DNA from: Escherichia phage vB_EcoM_G17
Sequence record: MK327931.1
Reading direction: 5' to 3' (one strand)
Length of the DNA: 64,000 bases
The first letter of the stretch is position 1, and each line of letters starts with the position of its first letter. This document shows positions 36,491 through 46,634 of the stretch, in pieces. Both the position numbers and the translations under genes were made by a program. The notes beneath the pieces are model-generated. The model saw only the letters and a program-made list of their open reading frames with translations. It searched no databases and was not told the origin of the DNA.

Positions 36491-37178
36491 GTAAAATATA
36501 GTATTGTTCTACACGTTCAATCCACATATTGACTGCATCTTTGAAGTCTTGACCTTCTATGACAAACTCTTGATATTGTAGATTGTTAGGATCTTTTCTT
36601 ACACAGATGAAAATCACACCACGTTCTATATTAGTACCAAACATTTGATTATGGGCTAATGCATATGCTGCAATTTGCATACGATAATTTTCGATTTGTC
36701 CCCACTTCTTAACTTTACGGGAATTTTTATAATCCATAATGGTTGGGATTCCATCATGAACACCTACTAAATCAGTTGTTCCGGCCCATAAACCTTCATA
36801 GTACAATGGGACTTCCTGTCCCCATACTTCATTAATTCTAGGCCATGCTTCTTGCTGAATTTTGTCAGCCATTCTACGTGCAAGAACTCGAATTGGCATA
36901 CCGCCTTCATGGTCTGGCTTTCCTTCCAATCTAAATTCCAAGTTCTCATGCATAAAAGTACCAACTGTACATGCTTCTAATGTAATCTCATTAGCCTTTT
37001 CTTCACCAACAAATTCTCTCCATTTCTTTAAACCTTCGTCATTCGAGGTCGCACTTAGAATTGTTGTTACTGACGGCAGATTACCTGTTGGAGTTGAATA
37101 AAGGCGACCTTCTGGGCCGCCTTCAATTCTATTGTAACCAACATATGTATATCTGCTAACAATTGGTGGTGTGTACAT
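36459..37178 (-). CDS. PD-(D/E)xK nuclease (RecB/Cas4-like fold)
   Basis: TTDLVG ... MDYKNSRK ... QIAAYALA pattern (D, DxK, QxxxY). Confidence 0.5.
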   Translation of the reverse strand: MYTPPIVSRYTYVGYNRIEGGPEGRLYSTPTGNLPSVTTILSATSNDEGLKKWREFVGEEKANEITLEACTVGTFMHENLEFRLEGKPDHEGGMPIRVLARRMADKIQQEAWPRINEVWGQEVPLYYEGLWAGTTDLVGVHDGIPTIMDYKNSRKVKKWGQIENYRMQIAAYALAHNQMFGTNIERGVIFICVRKDPNNLQYQEFVIEGQDFKDAVNMWIERVEQYYILRGEIESNGAA

Positions 37179-37217
37179 CCGTGTACTCCTAATTATAGCA
37201 TTATATTTTAATTTGTC

Positions 37218-37553
37218 TCAGTTTTTTTGTTTATTTGCTGTCACAGCAGCTTTTGTGGCCCAATCTTCAACTTGCTCTTCAGAATCTTGCTCGACTTCTT
37301 CTGAACCTTCTGCTGAATTTCCTGCAAAAGTTACAACATCAGAATTAGCATCCTGTACAAAAGGAAGGGAATTCAAAATGTCCATCATTACATTGTATGG
37401 AACATCGATGTTGGTTCTCTTTTTAATTTCAGAAATCAAAGATTGAACATTTACTTCTTCTCGACCCGTGGACACTAAAGACAACGCAATAGTAGTAATC
37501 ATATTGCGTATATCTTTACCAGGAGCCTCTTCAGTAAGATCACGAAATCTCAT
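37218..37553 (-). CDS. hypothetical protein
   Basis: 111-aa ORF. Confidence 0.45.
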   Translation of the reverse strand: MRFRDLTEEAPGKDIRNMITTIALSLVSTGREEVNVQSLISEIKKRTNIDVPYNVMMDILNSLPFVQDANSDVVTFAGNSAEGSEEVEQDSEEQVEDWATKAAVTANKQKN

Positions 37554-37569
37554 GTAGAATTGTCCTTAA

Positions 37570-38226
37570 TTATTTTTTAACGTATCCTAGAACACGTTTA
37601 ACTTTCTTTTCATTCTCAGAAAGCCATGTTTTCATTTCTTCTTTTGAACTAAAGTATTTAGTACCCACAGTTCCGCGAATACTTTCCATTTTTACACCAA
37701 CTTTACTTGGTTTAACAGATTCTTTCATTTCACGTTCAGTTGGTACTGGCTCAGAGATAATGTCTTCTTCAAAGTCTGCGTCTGCATCCATATCAAAAGT
37801 TGGGGTATCTGCTGCAATATCAATATCAACATCTTCACTTCCAATATCAGAAACATCTGGACCGTCAGTGATATCACCAGTTAGTTTAAGTGTTTCAGTA
37901 CTGATTTTGTCTTTTACATCCATTAAGGTAGTAACTGCATGTTGTAGTAGATGGCGAACATTATCACTAAAATTTTGTGCAGCATCTAGACCTTGCTCGG
38001 CTTTAATACGGTCAAGTAATGGGCCTAGTACGTCAACACCCATGTTGTTAATAACCTCAGATTGACGTTGGAGTTTATCCACAATCTCACCTTTTACTGA
38101 AAGAACAATTTCTGCTTTTTCAATATTAGATTCATTTAGTTGAATAAACTTCATAGCTTCTGCACGAGAAGCTGCTTCCATTAGTTTTTTATATTTTGAC
38201 ATTTGTATTTCCTTATAAAATATCAC
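37570..38226 (-). CDS. hypothetical acidic protein
   Basis: 218-aa ORF. Confidence 0.5.
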   Translation of the reverse strand: MIFYKEIQMSKYKKLMEAASRAEAMKFIQLNESNIEKAEIVLSVKGEIVDKLQRQSEVINNMGVDVLGPLLDRIKAEQGLDAAQNFSDNVRHLLQHAVTTLMDVKDKISTETLKLTGDITDGPDVSDIGSEDVDIDIAADTPTFDMDADADFEEDIISEPVPTEREMKESVKPSKVGVKMESIRGTVGTKYFSSKEEMKTWLSENEKKVKRVLGYVKK

Positions 38227-38234
38227 TCATTTAT

Positions 38235-38906
38235 TTACTTTATATAACCTTCGCCTTTTAGAAAGTTTAATACACGCTCTTTTAATTTATACGCTTCAGC
38301 TTTCTTTTCTGCAATAATTATATCTAAATCTTTTGCTTCATCATACTTCGATTCATTAAGTACGCGTTGACGTTTCTGGGCTGCTTTCAATGCTTCACTA
38401 ATCACATTCGTGTATTGAAGACCCGAACTGATTATACCAAGTACTTTTGCATCTGTCAACATTCTTCCTTCATTAAGAAGATTAACTAATGTAAGTGCTG
38501 CTTCATACATCATAATATTATTCATGATAATTTGTGAACTATGATTACACTTAATGCTATAAACTTTAGTAGATTTAGTACCTTGTACTTTTTCTTCCAC
38601 TAAACTCCAATTAGTTTTTGGTTTAAGAGGTGCTTGTGATGGTCGTGGCGAAGGTACTGGTGAATTCCCTGATAAATGTTCATTATACGGAGAATTGTAT
38701 TGAACCATATGTGGATGTTGTGGTTCACCATAATCCATACCTGCTTCATTTAATGAAGTTAAAATAGAAGCCATAGCACCGATATCACCACCAGTTTTAT
38801 ATGGAACCCCCGATGCGTTATGTGTTTCACCAGCTTCAATGTCATTCAATCCACTTAACAAATCAGCCATCTGATTAACTGATTGTTGATCATATTCGTA
38901 ATTCAT
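38235..38906 (-). CDS. hypothetical protein
   Basis: 223-aa ORF. Confidence 0.5.
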   Translation of the reverse strand: MNYEYDQQSVNQMADLLSGLNDIEAGETHNASGVPYKTGGDIGAMASILTSLNEAGMDYGEPQHPHMVQYNSPYNEHLSGNSPVPSPRPSQAPLKPKTNWSLVEEKVQGTKSTKVYSIKCNHSSQIIMNNIMMYEAALTLVNLLNEGRMLTDAKVLGIISSGLQYTNVISEALKAAQKRQRVLNESKYDEAKDLDIIIAEKKAEAYKLKERVLNFLKGEGYIK

Positions 38907-39121
38907 TTACTACTCCTAACTGTTTGGTAAGATTCAGTACCGTCATCATTTTCTATTTTATTTAGAACACCACGTGATACCATCTTATCAGCTAATTCCT
39001 GATAATATTCATTTACCTTTTCAACTGGAACAGTACCGCGTGCTTTTATCTTTTGTAATAGTTTATATTCTTCATTAGAAACCATTGTATTGTGACCATG
39101 CACATTTAGTACTGTTCTCAT
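38903..39121 (-). CDS. hypothetical protein
   Basis: 72-aa ORF, overlapping-stop packing. Confidence 0.4.
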   Translation of the reverse strand: MRTVLNVHGHNTMVSNEEYKLLQKIKARGTVPVEKVNEYYQELADKMVSRGVLNKIENDDGTESYQTVRSSK

Positions 39122-40119
39122 TAACGACCTCGCATACGATGACAGAAATCGATAATTTGGTCTACCATGTCATCATTATCAGATTGTGATGTGTTTGCCA
39201 TAACACTTTCATCACCATAGATATCATCTTCTTTTTCAATATCAGAAATTGCATGTATCATTTCGCCCATACCAGGTGCGTGATGTGACAATGGTGATGG
39301 TGTATCAGGATTACTATCAGGCTCTAAACTGGAATTAGCCATAAGTTCACTGTTAATTTCTTGTGGAGATTTTTCTTCACGAATTGGATTATTTTGATTA
39401 TCAATAGGATTAACATCACTCAAAGGAAAAACGTTCAACTCATTTGGCTTAGTCCCACTTTTAGTAATAACTAATGATTGCTCCGGTGTTTGTCCTGGGT
39501 CAACACCAACTACAGGTTCAACCGAATCTGTCCCGCTTTGTGTACCAGGAACACTAACTTTCATATTATTAGCATTTCTTTGCAACTCAGCTTGTTTCAT
39601 TTTAGCTTGAGTTTGTGGATTGACTTGTTGTTGACCCTGAGAAACATTCATTTTAGCAATTTGTTTTGCTTGCATTTGTGTGGCTTGATTTTGTAAATCT
39701 TCAAATACAATTGCTTTTAATTCTTGTGTGGTTAGTTTTGTTATATCTGAATATGTATAATTTTTATGATACTCTTCTGCTAATTGCTTTAGTGACATTG
39801 AATCAACAATACTATGAAGTTCAGTGCTTTCATTAATATGTTTGTTAACATTTTTAGTACTAAAATAATTATAACATTCACTCATCTGTGCTTTGTATTT
39901 TTGTAAAATTTGGAATATTTCACGATTGTCAGAATTATCAATCGCAGAATTTAAAGTGATAAAATCACCTGCATCCATATTATCAAGAATAACAGAAACA
40001 TCAACATTCAAATTATGTGCATCTGCGAACTTTTGAAGTTCAGTTGCTGTTTGGTTTATATCCATAATTTCTCCATATAAAATAAAAAGACCTCTGTCTT
40101 GCTTTATGATATTTATCAC
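39121..40119 (-). CDS. hypothetical Gln/Asn-rich protein
   Basis: 332-aa ORF. Confidence 0.5.
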   Translation of the reverse strand: MINIIKQDRGLFILYGEIMDINQTATELQKFADAHNLNVDVSVILDNMDAGDFITLNSAIDNSDNREIFQILQKYKAQMSECYNYFSTKNVNKHINESTELHSIVDSMSLKQLAEEYHKNYTYSDITKLTTQELKAIVFEDLQNQATQMQAKQIAKMNVSQGQQQVNPQTQAKMKQAELQRNANNMKVSVPGTQSGTDSVEPVVGVDPGQTPEQSLVITKSGTKPNELNVFPLSDVNPIDNQNNPIREEKSPQEINSELMANSSLEPDSNPDTPSPLSHHAPGMGEMIHAISDIEKEDDIYGDESVMANTSQSDNDDMVDQIIDFCHRMRGR

Positions 40120-40121
40120 AA

Positions 40122-40514
40122 TTAAGAAAAGGTCTGTTTGCTGATGCTAATGTTAATATCATCACCAGATGTGATAAATTTTGTTATTCGTTTTCCATTT
40201 AATTCGGTTGGTAGAACCAATGGTATACCATTCAAACGAAGTTCGACATCCATTGGTAATGCGAATTTGAATGTGCTTATGGTACATTTTCCCCAAGAAA
40301 TTGGCATGTTATAAAAAGATGAATTATTATCTTTATATAAATCGACTTCATTTTTAACAACGCTTACCATCATTGGATAGTCATATACCATAATAGCTTC
40401 CAACAACCTAGACAAGTTCATAGCACCAGTGAACTTAGAATCTATGATTGTTGGGGTTTTACCATCACCAATATCTACTACAGTGTGAATTGTGTAGAAT
40501 GTATATGGTTTCAT
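40122..40514 (-). CDS. hypothetical protein
   Basis: 130-aa ORF. Confidence 0.45.
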   Translation of the reverse strand: MKPYTFYTIHTVVDIGDGKTPTIIDSKFTGAMNLSRLLEAIMVYDYPMMVSVVKNEVDLYKDNNSSFYNMPISWGKCTISTFKFALPMDVELRLNGIPLVLPTELNGKRITKFITSGDDINISISKQTFS

Positions 40515-40705
40515 TCTTTGTCCTTATCTTTTTTCTCTACGACTTTGTATCCAAAGAAGTTAGTAGGAGGCAATCTACGATGTAATGGATAATGTAAACC
40601 AGTACTGACTGATGCAATAGCACCTGCTGAAGTAGCTCCAGAAGATGCATTTTCTTTGATATTCTTTTTCTTCATATTAATTTCCTTTATTACGTTTTTC
40701 ATCAA
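40511..40705 (-). CDS. hypothetical protein
   Basis: 64-aa ORF. Confidence 0.35.
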   Translation of the reverse strand: MMKNVIKEINMKKKNIKENASSGATSAGAIASVSTGLHYPLHRRLPPTNFFGYKVVEKKDKDKE

Positions 40706-40949
40706 GTGCTATATTCTCTAACCCTTTTTGAAACTTTTTATAATCTCGGTTTTTTATACTTAGAAATAAGCGTTTTTTTAAATCTTCAGCATCAGTTTGG
40801 TTAAACTCATCTTCAATGCTCTCCAATAAATGAATCACAGAGTTTATTGCGTGGTCGGCACGATTACTAAAACTCTGTAATGTATCTTTCTCTGGCGTAT
40901 AGTCAACTATACTATCAAGTAGATTCTTTTTATTGGATTTACTAGACAT
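40677..40949 (-). CDS. hypothetical protein
   Basis: 90-aa ORF. Confidence 0.4.
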   Translation of the reverse strand: MSSKSNKKNLLDSIVDYTPEKDTLQSFSNRADHAINSVIHLLESIEDEFNQTDAEDLKKRLFLSIKNRDYKKFQKGLENIALDEKRNKGN

Positions 40950-40952
40950 TTA

Positions 40953-42473
40953 TCATTTCCTTTGATTTAACCATTGCTTCATTGCATGAACACGATCAGT
41001 ACCAGCATGTGTCTGTGGATTCTGTATTTCGTTTTGTGTCGTAGAGTTAGGAGCACTATCAGTATTTAGTGTTACTGTATTGTCAGGTTGCACAGATGGT
41101 GATTTAGCTGCACCAGAAAGCGAATGACGTAATGTTTGCATAGTGCTGGGTGGTAACGCCATGTTCCCTCCACCAATCTTAGAAACACCGCTGTGACGGA
41201 ATCCATTACCTTCGGTTTCCATTTGTTGTACTGTAGTTGCGTGGTCAAGAACTCTCAATGAATCAATATCATATGACATACGCAAACGGGAACCTACTGC
41301 ACTACTGTTACGTGTTTTTTGGAAATCAAACCATAGTTCGCCAGTTTCTTTTTTTGCTTCAATATAAATTACGTTATCAGCAGTATAAATTTTTGAAATA
41401 CCACCAGCAATCTGACTTTGACTTTTCTTATCTTCGTCCATACCACTACGGTTAAACTGAGATGCAGTGAAAACAGTCAAATCCATTTTGGATGCAAGAG
41501 CACGTAATTCTTCTGATACAAATTTATCTTTAGTAAATGTATTGGATTTATCATTTGGTCCAAGACGATTAGAAGTTAATAGATCCAAATAGTCCACGCA
41601 TACATAATCAAGTTTGATTTCCATCTTAATTTGTAATTCACGTAGATAACTTTCAATATCGTCTGTGGTTGTTACAGATTCAGGTAAGCGTTTAATACGC
41701 AACATACCACTGTTTTTACCTTCAACTTTAACAGCAAATCCAATCTTTTCAGCTTCATTTTTTACGTTACTGAGTTTTGATTCAGTCATCATACCATAGA
41801 TACGAACAGCAACCAACTCTTCAGCTAGTTCAAGTGAAATGTATGCACCATTCATTCCAGCTTTCGCAAAGTTAACTGCTAAATTTTGCAGTACTACTGA
41901 TTTACCACCACCTGATGCAGCAGCAAAGATCTCTAACTCTCTACGCCCAAATCCACCGAAAAGTTTGTAATCAAGAGTTTCCCAACCACTCTTAAATGAT
42001 CCTTGCATTGTACTGAGTGAGCGGATTGTATCTTCAGGGTTTTCAAAAATATCCAAACCTAACTCATTCTGTACCGTTACCAACATTGCTTCTCGGATTA
42101 GTTCTTCGATTCCACCATATTTTTTCTGATGGACAAGTTCCATTCCTTTTTCAACGGCTAAAGCTAATGCTTTATGGCGACAAAATTCACCACAGGTATC
42201 AAGTACTGATTGTTTATGTAATTCTTGAACTTCATATTGATCGTATTGATAACCACCTTTAACTTCAATATCTTTCAAAGTAGGTGATGAACTATATTTT
42301 GCAGCATAATCATGCACGTATTGAATACTTTCATGAAATGTTTTATCAAAATATTCTGGTTTAAGGATATTTTTACAACGTACATATAAATCAGGATTAC
42401 TGAAAATCTGAGATAATAAGTATTGTTGTGCATTAATCCCATATTGTTTCACATCCACTGTGCTTTGAATCAT
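40953..42473 (-). CDS. 41: replicative DNA helicase (gp41-like, DnaB family)
   Basis: Walker A AASGGGKS, RecA-like core, 506 aa, adjacent to primase. Confidence 0.85.
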   Translation of the reverse strand: MIQSTVDVKQYGINAQQYLLSQIFSNPDLYVRCKNILKPEYFDKTFHESIQYVHDYAAKYSSSPTLKDIEVKGGYQYDQYEVQELHKQSVLDTCGEFCRHKALALAVEKGMELVHQKKYGGIEELIREAMLVTVQNELGLDIFENPEDTIRSLSTMQGSFKSGWETLDYKLFGGFGRRELEIFAAASGGGKSVVLQNLAVNFAKAGMNGAYISLELAEELVAVRIYGMMTESKLSNVKNEAEKIGFAVKVEGKNSGMLRIKRLPESVTTTDDIESYLRELQIKMEIKLDYVCVDYLDLLTSNRLGPNDKSNTFTKDKFVSEELRALASKMDLTVFTASQFNRSGMDEDKKSQSQIAGGISKIYTADNVIYIEAKKETGELWFDFQKTRNSSAVGSRLRMSYDIDSLRVLDHATTVQQMETEGNGFRHSGVSKIGGGNMALPPSTMQTLRHSLSGAAKSPSVQPDNTVTLNTDSAPNSTTQNEIQNPQTHAGTDRVHAMKQWLNQRK

Positions 42474-42495
42474 CTATGTTCCCTCATTATATGTA

Positions 42496-43551
42496 TTACA
42501 TCCATTTATCCGTTTGAGCTTTAATATAAAATGGCTCATCTACTATACTATCATGTATTAATTGTAAACAAAATAACCTACCAAATCGTGCACAAGCTTC
42601 TTCAAAGTCTTTGATATGACGTATTGTACTACCTTCTCTTACAGCACCAAAGTCTGGGAAGGAAACACTGAATCCATTTTCAAGTGCTTGGTCTATAGTT
42701 ATTAATCCATCTTTATCTCTATCTGGAACAATAACTATTTTTTTACCTTTTTGCTGTGCATCTTTTAATACATCAATCTGTACGTTTGATAATTTAAAGT
42801 TATTAGCAGATACACCACCCATTAATGCTGCGTCTAACGGACCCTCACATACTAAAATTGTTTTTATTCGTTCATCTTTTAATAAATCATAGTTATATAG
42901 TATATTAGTACTTACTTGATTTATGAACCTGTATGTACTTCCAGGATCTTTTAATTTATGTCGTGCAGTATAACCAATAATTTTACCATTCATGAAATAT
43001 GGAATAATAAATCTGTCATACATTTTATGTTCTTTATTAGGTGACCAATATAATTCTAAGTCTAACAGATATGGGTTTCTTTCATTGACATTATGCAAAA
43101 CACTTATAAATTCTTGTGGAATTTTATCTTCAGGTAAAGAAGCCCATTCCCAAAATGTTTTTGCATTTGATGGCAAATCACGTACTGTTACTCGGTCATA
43201 CAATTTTGATGCAACAGTTTCTTGTGCAGCAAAATCACCGCTGTCAACCATTTCTTTAATATAAAACTTAACTAATTCTATTTCTTTATCTTGTGCACCA
43301 AAAGAAATGAGCAAAGACTCCATATCTTTGCTCATATATTTTCCTGGTTGCCAACCAGTTTTTAAACTACAGTTAAAGCAGTTATATGAAACGGAACCAT
43401 CTGCATTGAACATATGATTACCACGGTGCTTTGTATCCGGCCTTGAATGTCCTCTGAACACACAAGCTGGACAGTTGTGTTGTGACCATGTACCAATCGC
43501 AGGTACTGGATCATTCATAATTTGTGCCATTATGTTTTGTACAGCGTTCAT
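42496..43551 (-). CDS. 61: DNA primase (gp61-like)
   Basis: N-terminal zinc-binding Cys/His cluster (CPAC ... CFNC) plus Toprim-like core; 351 aa. Confidence 0.8.
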   Translation of the reverse strand: MNAVQNIMAQIMNDPVPAIGTWSQHNCPACVFRGHSRPDTKHRGNHMFNADGSVSYNCFNCSLKTGWQPGKYMSKDMESLLISFGAQDKEIELVKFYIKEMVDSGDFAAQETVASKLYDRVTVRDLPSNAKTFWEWASLPEDKIPQEFISVLHNVNERNPYLLDLELYWSPNKEHKMYDRFIIPYFMNGKIIGYTARHKLKDPGSTYRFINQVSTNILYNYDLLKDERIKTILVCEGPLDAALMGGVSANNFKLSNVQIDVLKDAQQKGKKIVIVPDRDKDGLITIDQALENGFSVSFPDFGAVREGSTIRHIKDFEEACARFGRLFCLQLIHDSIVDEPFYIKAQTDKWM

Positions 43552-43580
43552 AAGTTAATCCTTGTCTTTTCTTACAAATG

Positions 43581-43613
43581 ATTATAGCACACCTTCTAGT
43601 TTTGTCTCATCTA
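43581..43613 (-). promoter_or_regulatory. early promoter with extended -10 (TGTGCTATAAT)
   Basis: minus-strand GTGTGCTATAAT about 30 nt upstream of the primase start. Confidence 0.5.
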
Positions 43614-44584
43614 CGTATCAAAATTTTAGGTACTGTTAGGAAAGGGTCATACACTTTTCGGACAGCAGCATAGTCATATGGTACTGGAACAATTTTGGGA
43701 TGAATAGCAACCACCAAACGTAACCACATATAATTTCCTTTAAAATTAAATGCTTGTATTCCGTCAAGTTCTTTTGGAAAACCTTCTGAATCAATTCCAT
43801 TTTCAATATAATCCTTTCCATCTAATTTAATAATAAACCATTTATAGTTTTCATTATCATTAGGTACGTTGTTACACAAGCACCCTTGTAGCTGTATTCT
43901 ACCAATAAATTTATCAAAATAGATTGCAATACTACTTAATCCATCTACTAATCCAAACTGCATTTGTGCTGGTAGTGGAGTTGATGCGAGAATATCATAT
44001 TCACCAATCATACCATTTCCAATTGGTTCATGATATAAACGCTTTATAGTTGTCCATGCTGGATTTTTATTAACTGATATTTCAGTACTGGGGACAAATA
44101 CAGGTGCTGCTTGGTCTGAAATTATTAGCTCTGCTGATGCCTCAAAGTTCATCCCTGTATATAGATATTGTGTTGGTTCTATAAGTGAACCATCCATTGT
44201 TACTTTAGTAATGCTCCATCTATATTTTGAACCAGGACTGGTATCTTGAATAACTCCTGCTGGAACAATACATCCATAATATACTTTCTTTTTATTTCCT
44301 AATGTTTGTCTTGCTTGTCCACTTTCTGATAACCAACTGGGTTCTTGTTTTTCTAATACAACATCAAATAGTTTAGTATTATTTCGTGCATCAAAAATCA
44401 TAAATGTAAGATATTCATTATCTTTCAATAAAGTATATTTTCCATCAGCGTTGTGAACAGTAAAAGATAAATTATTATTTGCCCCTCTATATATAGTTAG
44501 TTTTTCATTGCTATATGGCATATTAAAATTGCCCAATGATACTTCCTGATTATAAGGGTACATAAACACGCCGTGATGAGCCAT
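43607..44584 (-). CDS. late protein, putative virion structural protein
   Basis: start moved to the internal ATG at 44584 (GGAAGGA Shine-Dalgarno); palindromic late-promoter-like box upstream. Confidence 0.45.
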   Translation of the reverse strand: MAHHGVFMYPYNQEVSLGNFNMPYSNEKLTIYRGANNNLSFTVHNADGKYTLLKDNEYLTFMIFDARNNTKLFDVVLEKQEPSWLSESGQARQTLGNKKKVYYGCIVPAGVIQDTSPGSKYRWSITKVTMDGSLIEPTQYLYTGMNFEASAELIISDQAAPVFVPSTEISVNKNPAWTTIKRLYHEPIGNGMIGEYDILASTPLPAQMQFGLVDGLSSIAIYFDKFIGRIQLQGCLCNNVPNDNENYKWFIIKLDGKDYIENGIDSEGFPKELDGIQAFNFKGNYMWLRLVVAIHPKIVPVPYDYAAVRKVYDPFLTVPKILIRR

Positions 44585-44608
44585 AGTTTTTCCTTCCATA
44601 AATAATAG

Positions 44609-44622
44609 GTATAAATTTATAC
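44609..44622. promoter_or_regulatory. palindromic late-promoter-like element GTATAAATTTATAC (TATAAATT on both strands)
   Basis: perfect 14-nt palindrome between divergent genes; 7/8 match to TATAAATA in each direction. Confidence 0.4.
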
Positions 44623-44641
44623 TAATATTTATGGAACTAAT

Positions 44642-44995
44642 ATGAATCAATATAACACTATTCCACCATTCATTACTGTAATCCAGTATGATGGTAAAAC
44701 GTTTGTTGGTATCATCAAAATCAAAAGCAAACAGTATACAACTCTTTACTGTTTCGATGATATGGATGATTCAATGCAAGACGAATTGTTAGGTATAGCA
44801 CACGATTGGTGGTGGCAAAGTAATAGAACCATTCCAGTTTGTCTATTCTTTCAAGAAGAGATGGAGAAATTTGAACCGTACACACAGAGATTCGATACAC
44901 CGTCGGTGAATTTCGTATGTGGTCCAGTAGTTTCTTTAAGCAATTTGCCACAGAAACGCATCAAGCGTCGTAATGTGGCTCTTAAGAAGAAGTAA
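44642..44995 (+). CDS. hypothetical protein (plus strand)
   Basis: 117-aa ORF downstream of the palindromic box. Confidence 0.45.
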   Translation: MNQYNTIPPFITVIQYDGKTFVGIIKIKSKQYTTLYCFDDMDDSMQDELLGIAHDWWWQSNRTIPVCLFFQEEMEKFEPYTQRFDTPSVNFVCGPVVSLSNLPQKRIKRRNVALKKK

Positions 44996-45620
44996 GATGT
45001 TCAACTAAAGCATTTAGTTGTACAACAATCATTAAGCTATATGCGTAAGCATGTGGCTTTTTGAAATATCGTAATTTATTTCCTGCTTGGTCAGTGCCTA
45101 TAGTACTATAATCCCATATGGTAGCTTTAACTTCGTCCCATGTGTTCATACTTTGGCACTGCCTTTTTCCTGGGCGAATCATTGCAATAAACATTGCTAG
45201 TTCGTCTATAGATTTAGGCTTCCATACATTTAATAAAGTTACATGTTTTTTAATTTGCGATAGATGTTCTACAATTTCGGGTTCTAACAATAGATCCCAA
45301 TTTGGTTCCTGATTCATTAGTTCTTTTAAATGCTCTCTATCACGAACATACATGTAAGCTGACTGTGAAAGAATATCAACTTTTTGATACCCTAACCTTT
45401 CAGCTTCTTTATATTGTATACTTGCCAATCCAGTGATTGGATCAATAGGTATATTATCAAAATGAACACCACTATTATGGGGGATTAAACCATCCTCCGT
45501 AATTTTTTCAGTACTTCGCACACATGGAAGTTTAGCGATTACGCTTTTACTATCCTTGAAGTCAATGTCAATATCAGTTCGGGCTTTTCTATAATGTTTA
45601 GAATCGGTCGAATCCTGCAT
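44982..45620 (-). CDS. small protein resembling the fingers region of DNA polymerase III alpha (DnaE)
   Basis: ELAMFIAMIRPGK (compare DMIALVALFRPGP), KKPHAYAYSLMIVVQ (compare NKSHSAAYALVSYQ) and YQKVDIL (compare KFDFLGL) in DnaE order. Confidence 0.45.
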   Translation of the reverse strand: MQDSTDSKHYRKARTDIDIDFKDSKSVIAKLPCVRSTEKITEDGLIPHNSGVHFDNIPIDPITGLASIQYKEAERLGYQKVDILSQSAYMYVRDREHLKELMNQEPNWDLLLEPEIVEHLSQIKKHVTLLNVWKPKSIDELAMFIAMIRPGKRQCQSMNTWDEVKATIWDYSTIGTDQAGNKLRYFKKPHAYAYSLMIVVQLNALVEHLTSS

Positions 45621-45927
45621 TTTTTATTTGCTCCTGTAACTGTTTAACTGTATTAGTCAAAGTTGATATTTGATTCTCTAATAATCTACAATTTTGTTTT
45701 GTCTTTGCCAATTCTTGACTTAAACTGAAAAAGCGTTCTTCGTGTCTTTCTACCAAAGAAATAATTTTTTCAATACGAGCAGGATCATGAACTTGAAATG
45801 TTTTACCATCTAAAGTTATTTCAGTAATAGATCCTTGTCTAAGTAGAGATATTTGTTTTGATTTTTGTTCTTTAGGTACAGGTACATACCCTTCTGGTAT
45901 TTTATTATATATACTTTTTCCATTCAT
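45598..45927 (-). CDS. hypothetical protein
   Basis: 109-aa ORF. Confidence 0.45.
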   Translation of the reverse strand: MNGKSIYNKIPEGYVPVPKEQKSKQISLLRQGSITEITLDGKTFQVHDPARIEKIISLVERHEERFFSLSQELAKTKQNCRLLENQISTLTNTVKQLQEQIKNAGFDRF

Positions 45928-46634
45928 AATCCTGCCTCACATAGCATAATCTTAATTTCATCACAATCCTTTTTGTATTTTATAGTTTTGATTTCAAAAT
46001 AACTTGGATCGATGTATTTAAGTATATATTCAATTTCTGAGTTTGATAGTTTTTTAAAAAACTTATTAGTACTTTTTTTAGGAGCAAGCCAGATAATCCA
46101 AGGTGAAATTTTACCACTCTCAATCCATGCAATTGCACGGGCAGAACTTACATTTTCAAAGAAAGTATTCCATTGTACATTCAAATTTTCAGCCCATTCA
46201 ACCAGTGAGATAACACTTCTTGCAATTGCTTCTTTTGGGTGCTCGGCACGAATTGTTTTTAATATCCATTCATCTTTTGCTTTATATGTACTCCATTCCG
46301 TGATTGGTTTGTTATTGATAATCAAGTACTTTACAAACTCGTCCACATTAATAATATCTCTATTATTCAAATAGTATTCGGCAAAACTATAAAAATCATT
46401 AAAGTACTTTGACTTTATAAAAGCAATAAAAGGCTCTACGCCTTTTTTAAATGGGAACTTATTCAATTCCATAAATTGCATATATATACGAAAAGCCTCC
46501 ATCATCTGGCGGCTTTGGCGGTCTTCGTATCGGTCACGTTTTATACATTTATGTGTGTTTACAGTTTCTTCACGTTTAAATTCACGATCACAAAATCTAC
46601 AGGTATATACTTTATTACTTGATTTCTTTGCCAT
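45924..46634 (-). CDS. hypothetical protein with N-terminal C2H2-like zinc finger
   Basis: CRFCDREF ... HKC near the N-terminus; 236 aa. Confidence 0.5.
   Translation of the reverse strand: MAKKSSNKVYTCRFCDREFKREETVNTHKCIKRDRYEDRQSRQMMEAFRIYMQFMELNKFPFKKGVEPFIAFIKSKYFNDFYSFAEYYLNNRDIINVDEFVKYLIINNKPITEWSTYKAKDEWILKTIRAEHPKEAIARSVISLVEWAENLNVQWNTFFENVSSARAIAWIESGKISPWIIWLAPKKSTNKFFKKLSNSEIEYILKYIDPSYFEIKTIKYKKDCDEIKIMLCEAGL

Noticed and set aside
45924-46634. Candidate gp59 helicase loader
   Set aside because: Sequence does not resemble T4 gp59; has a C2H2-like zinc finger instead
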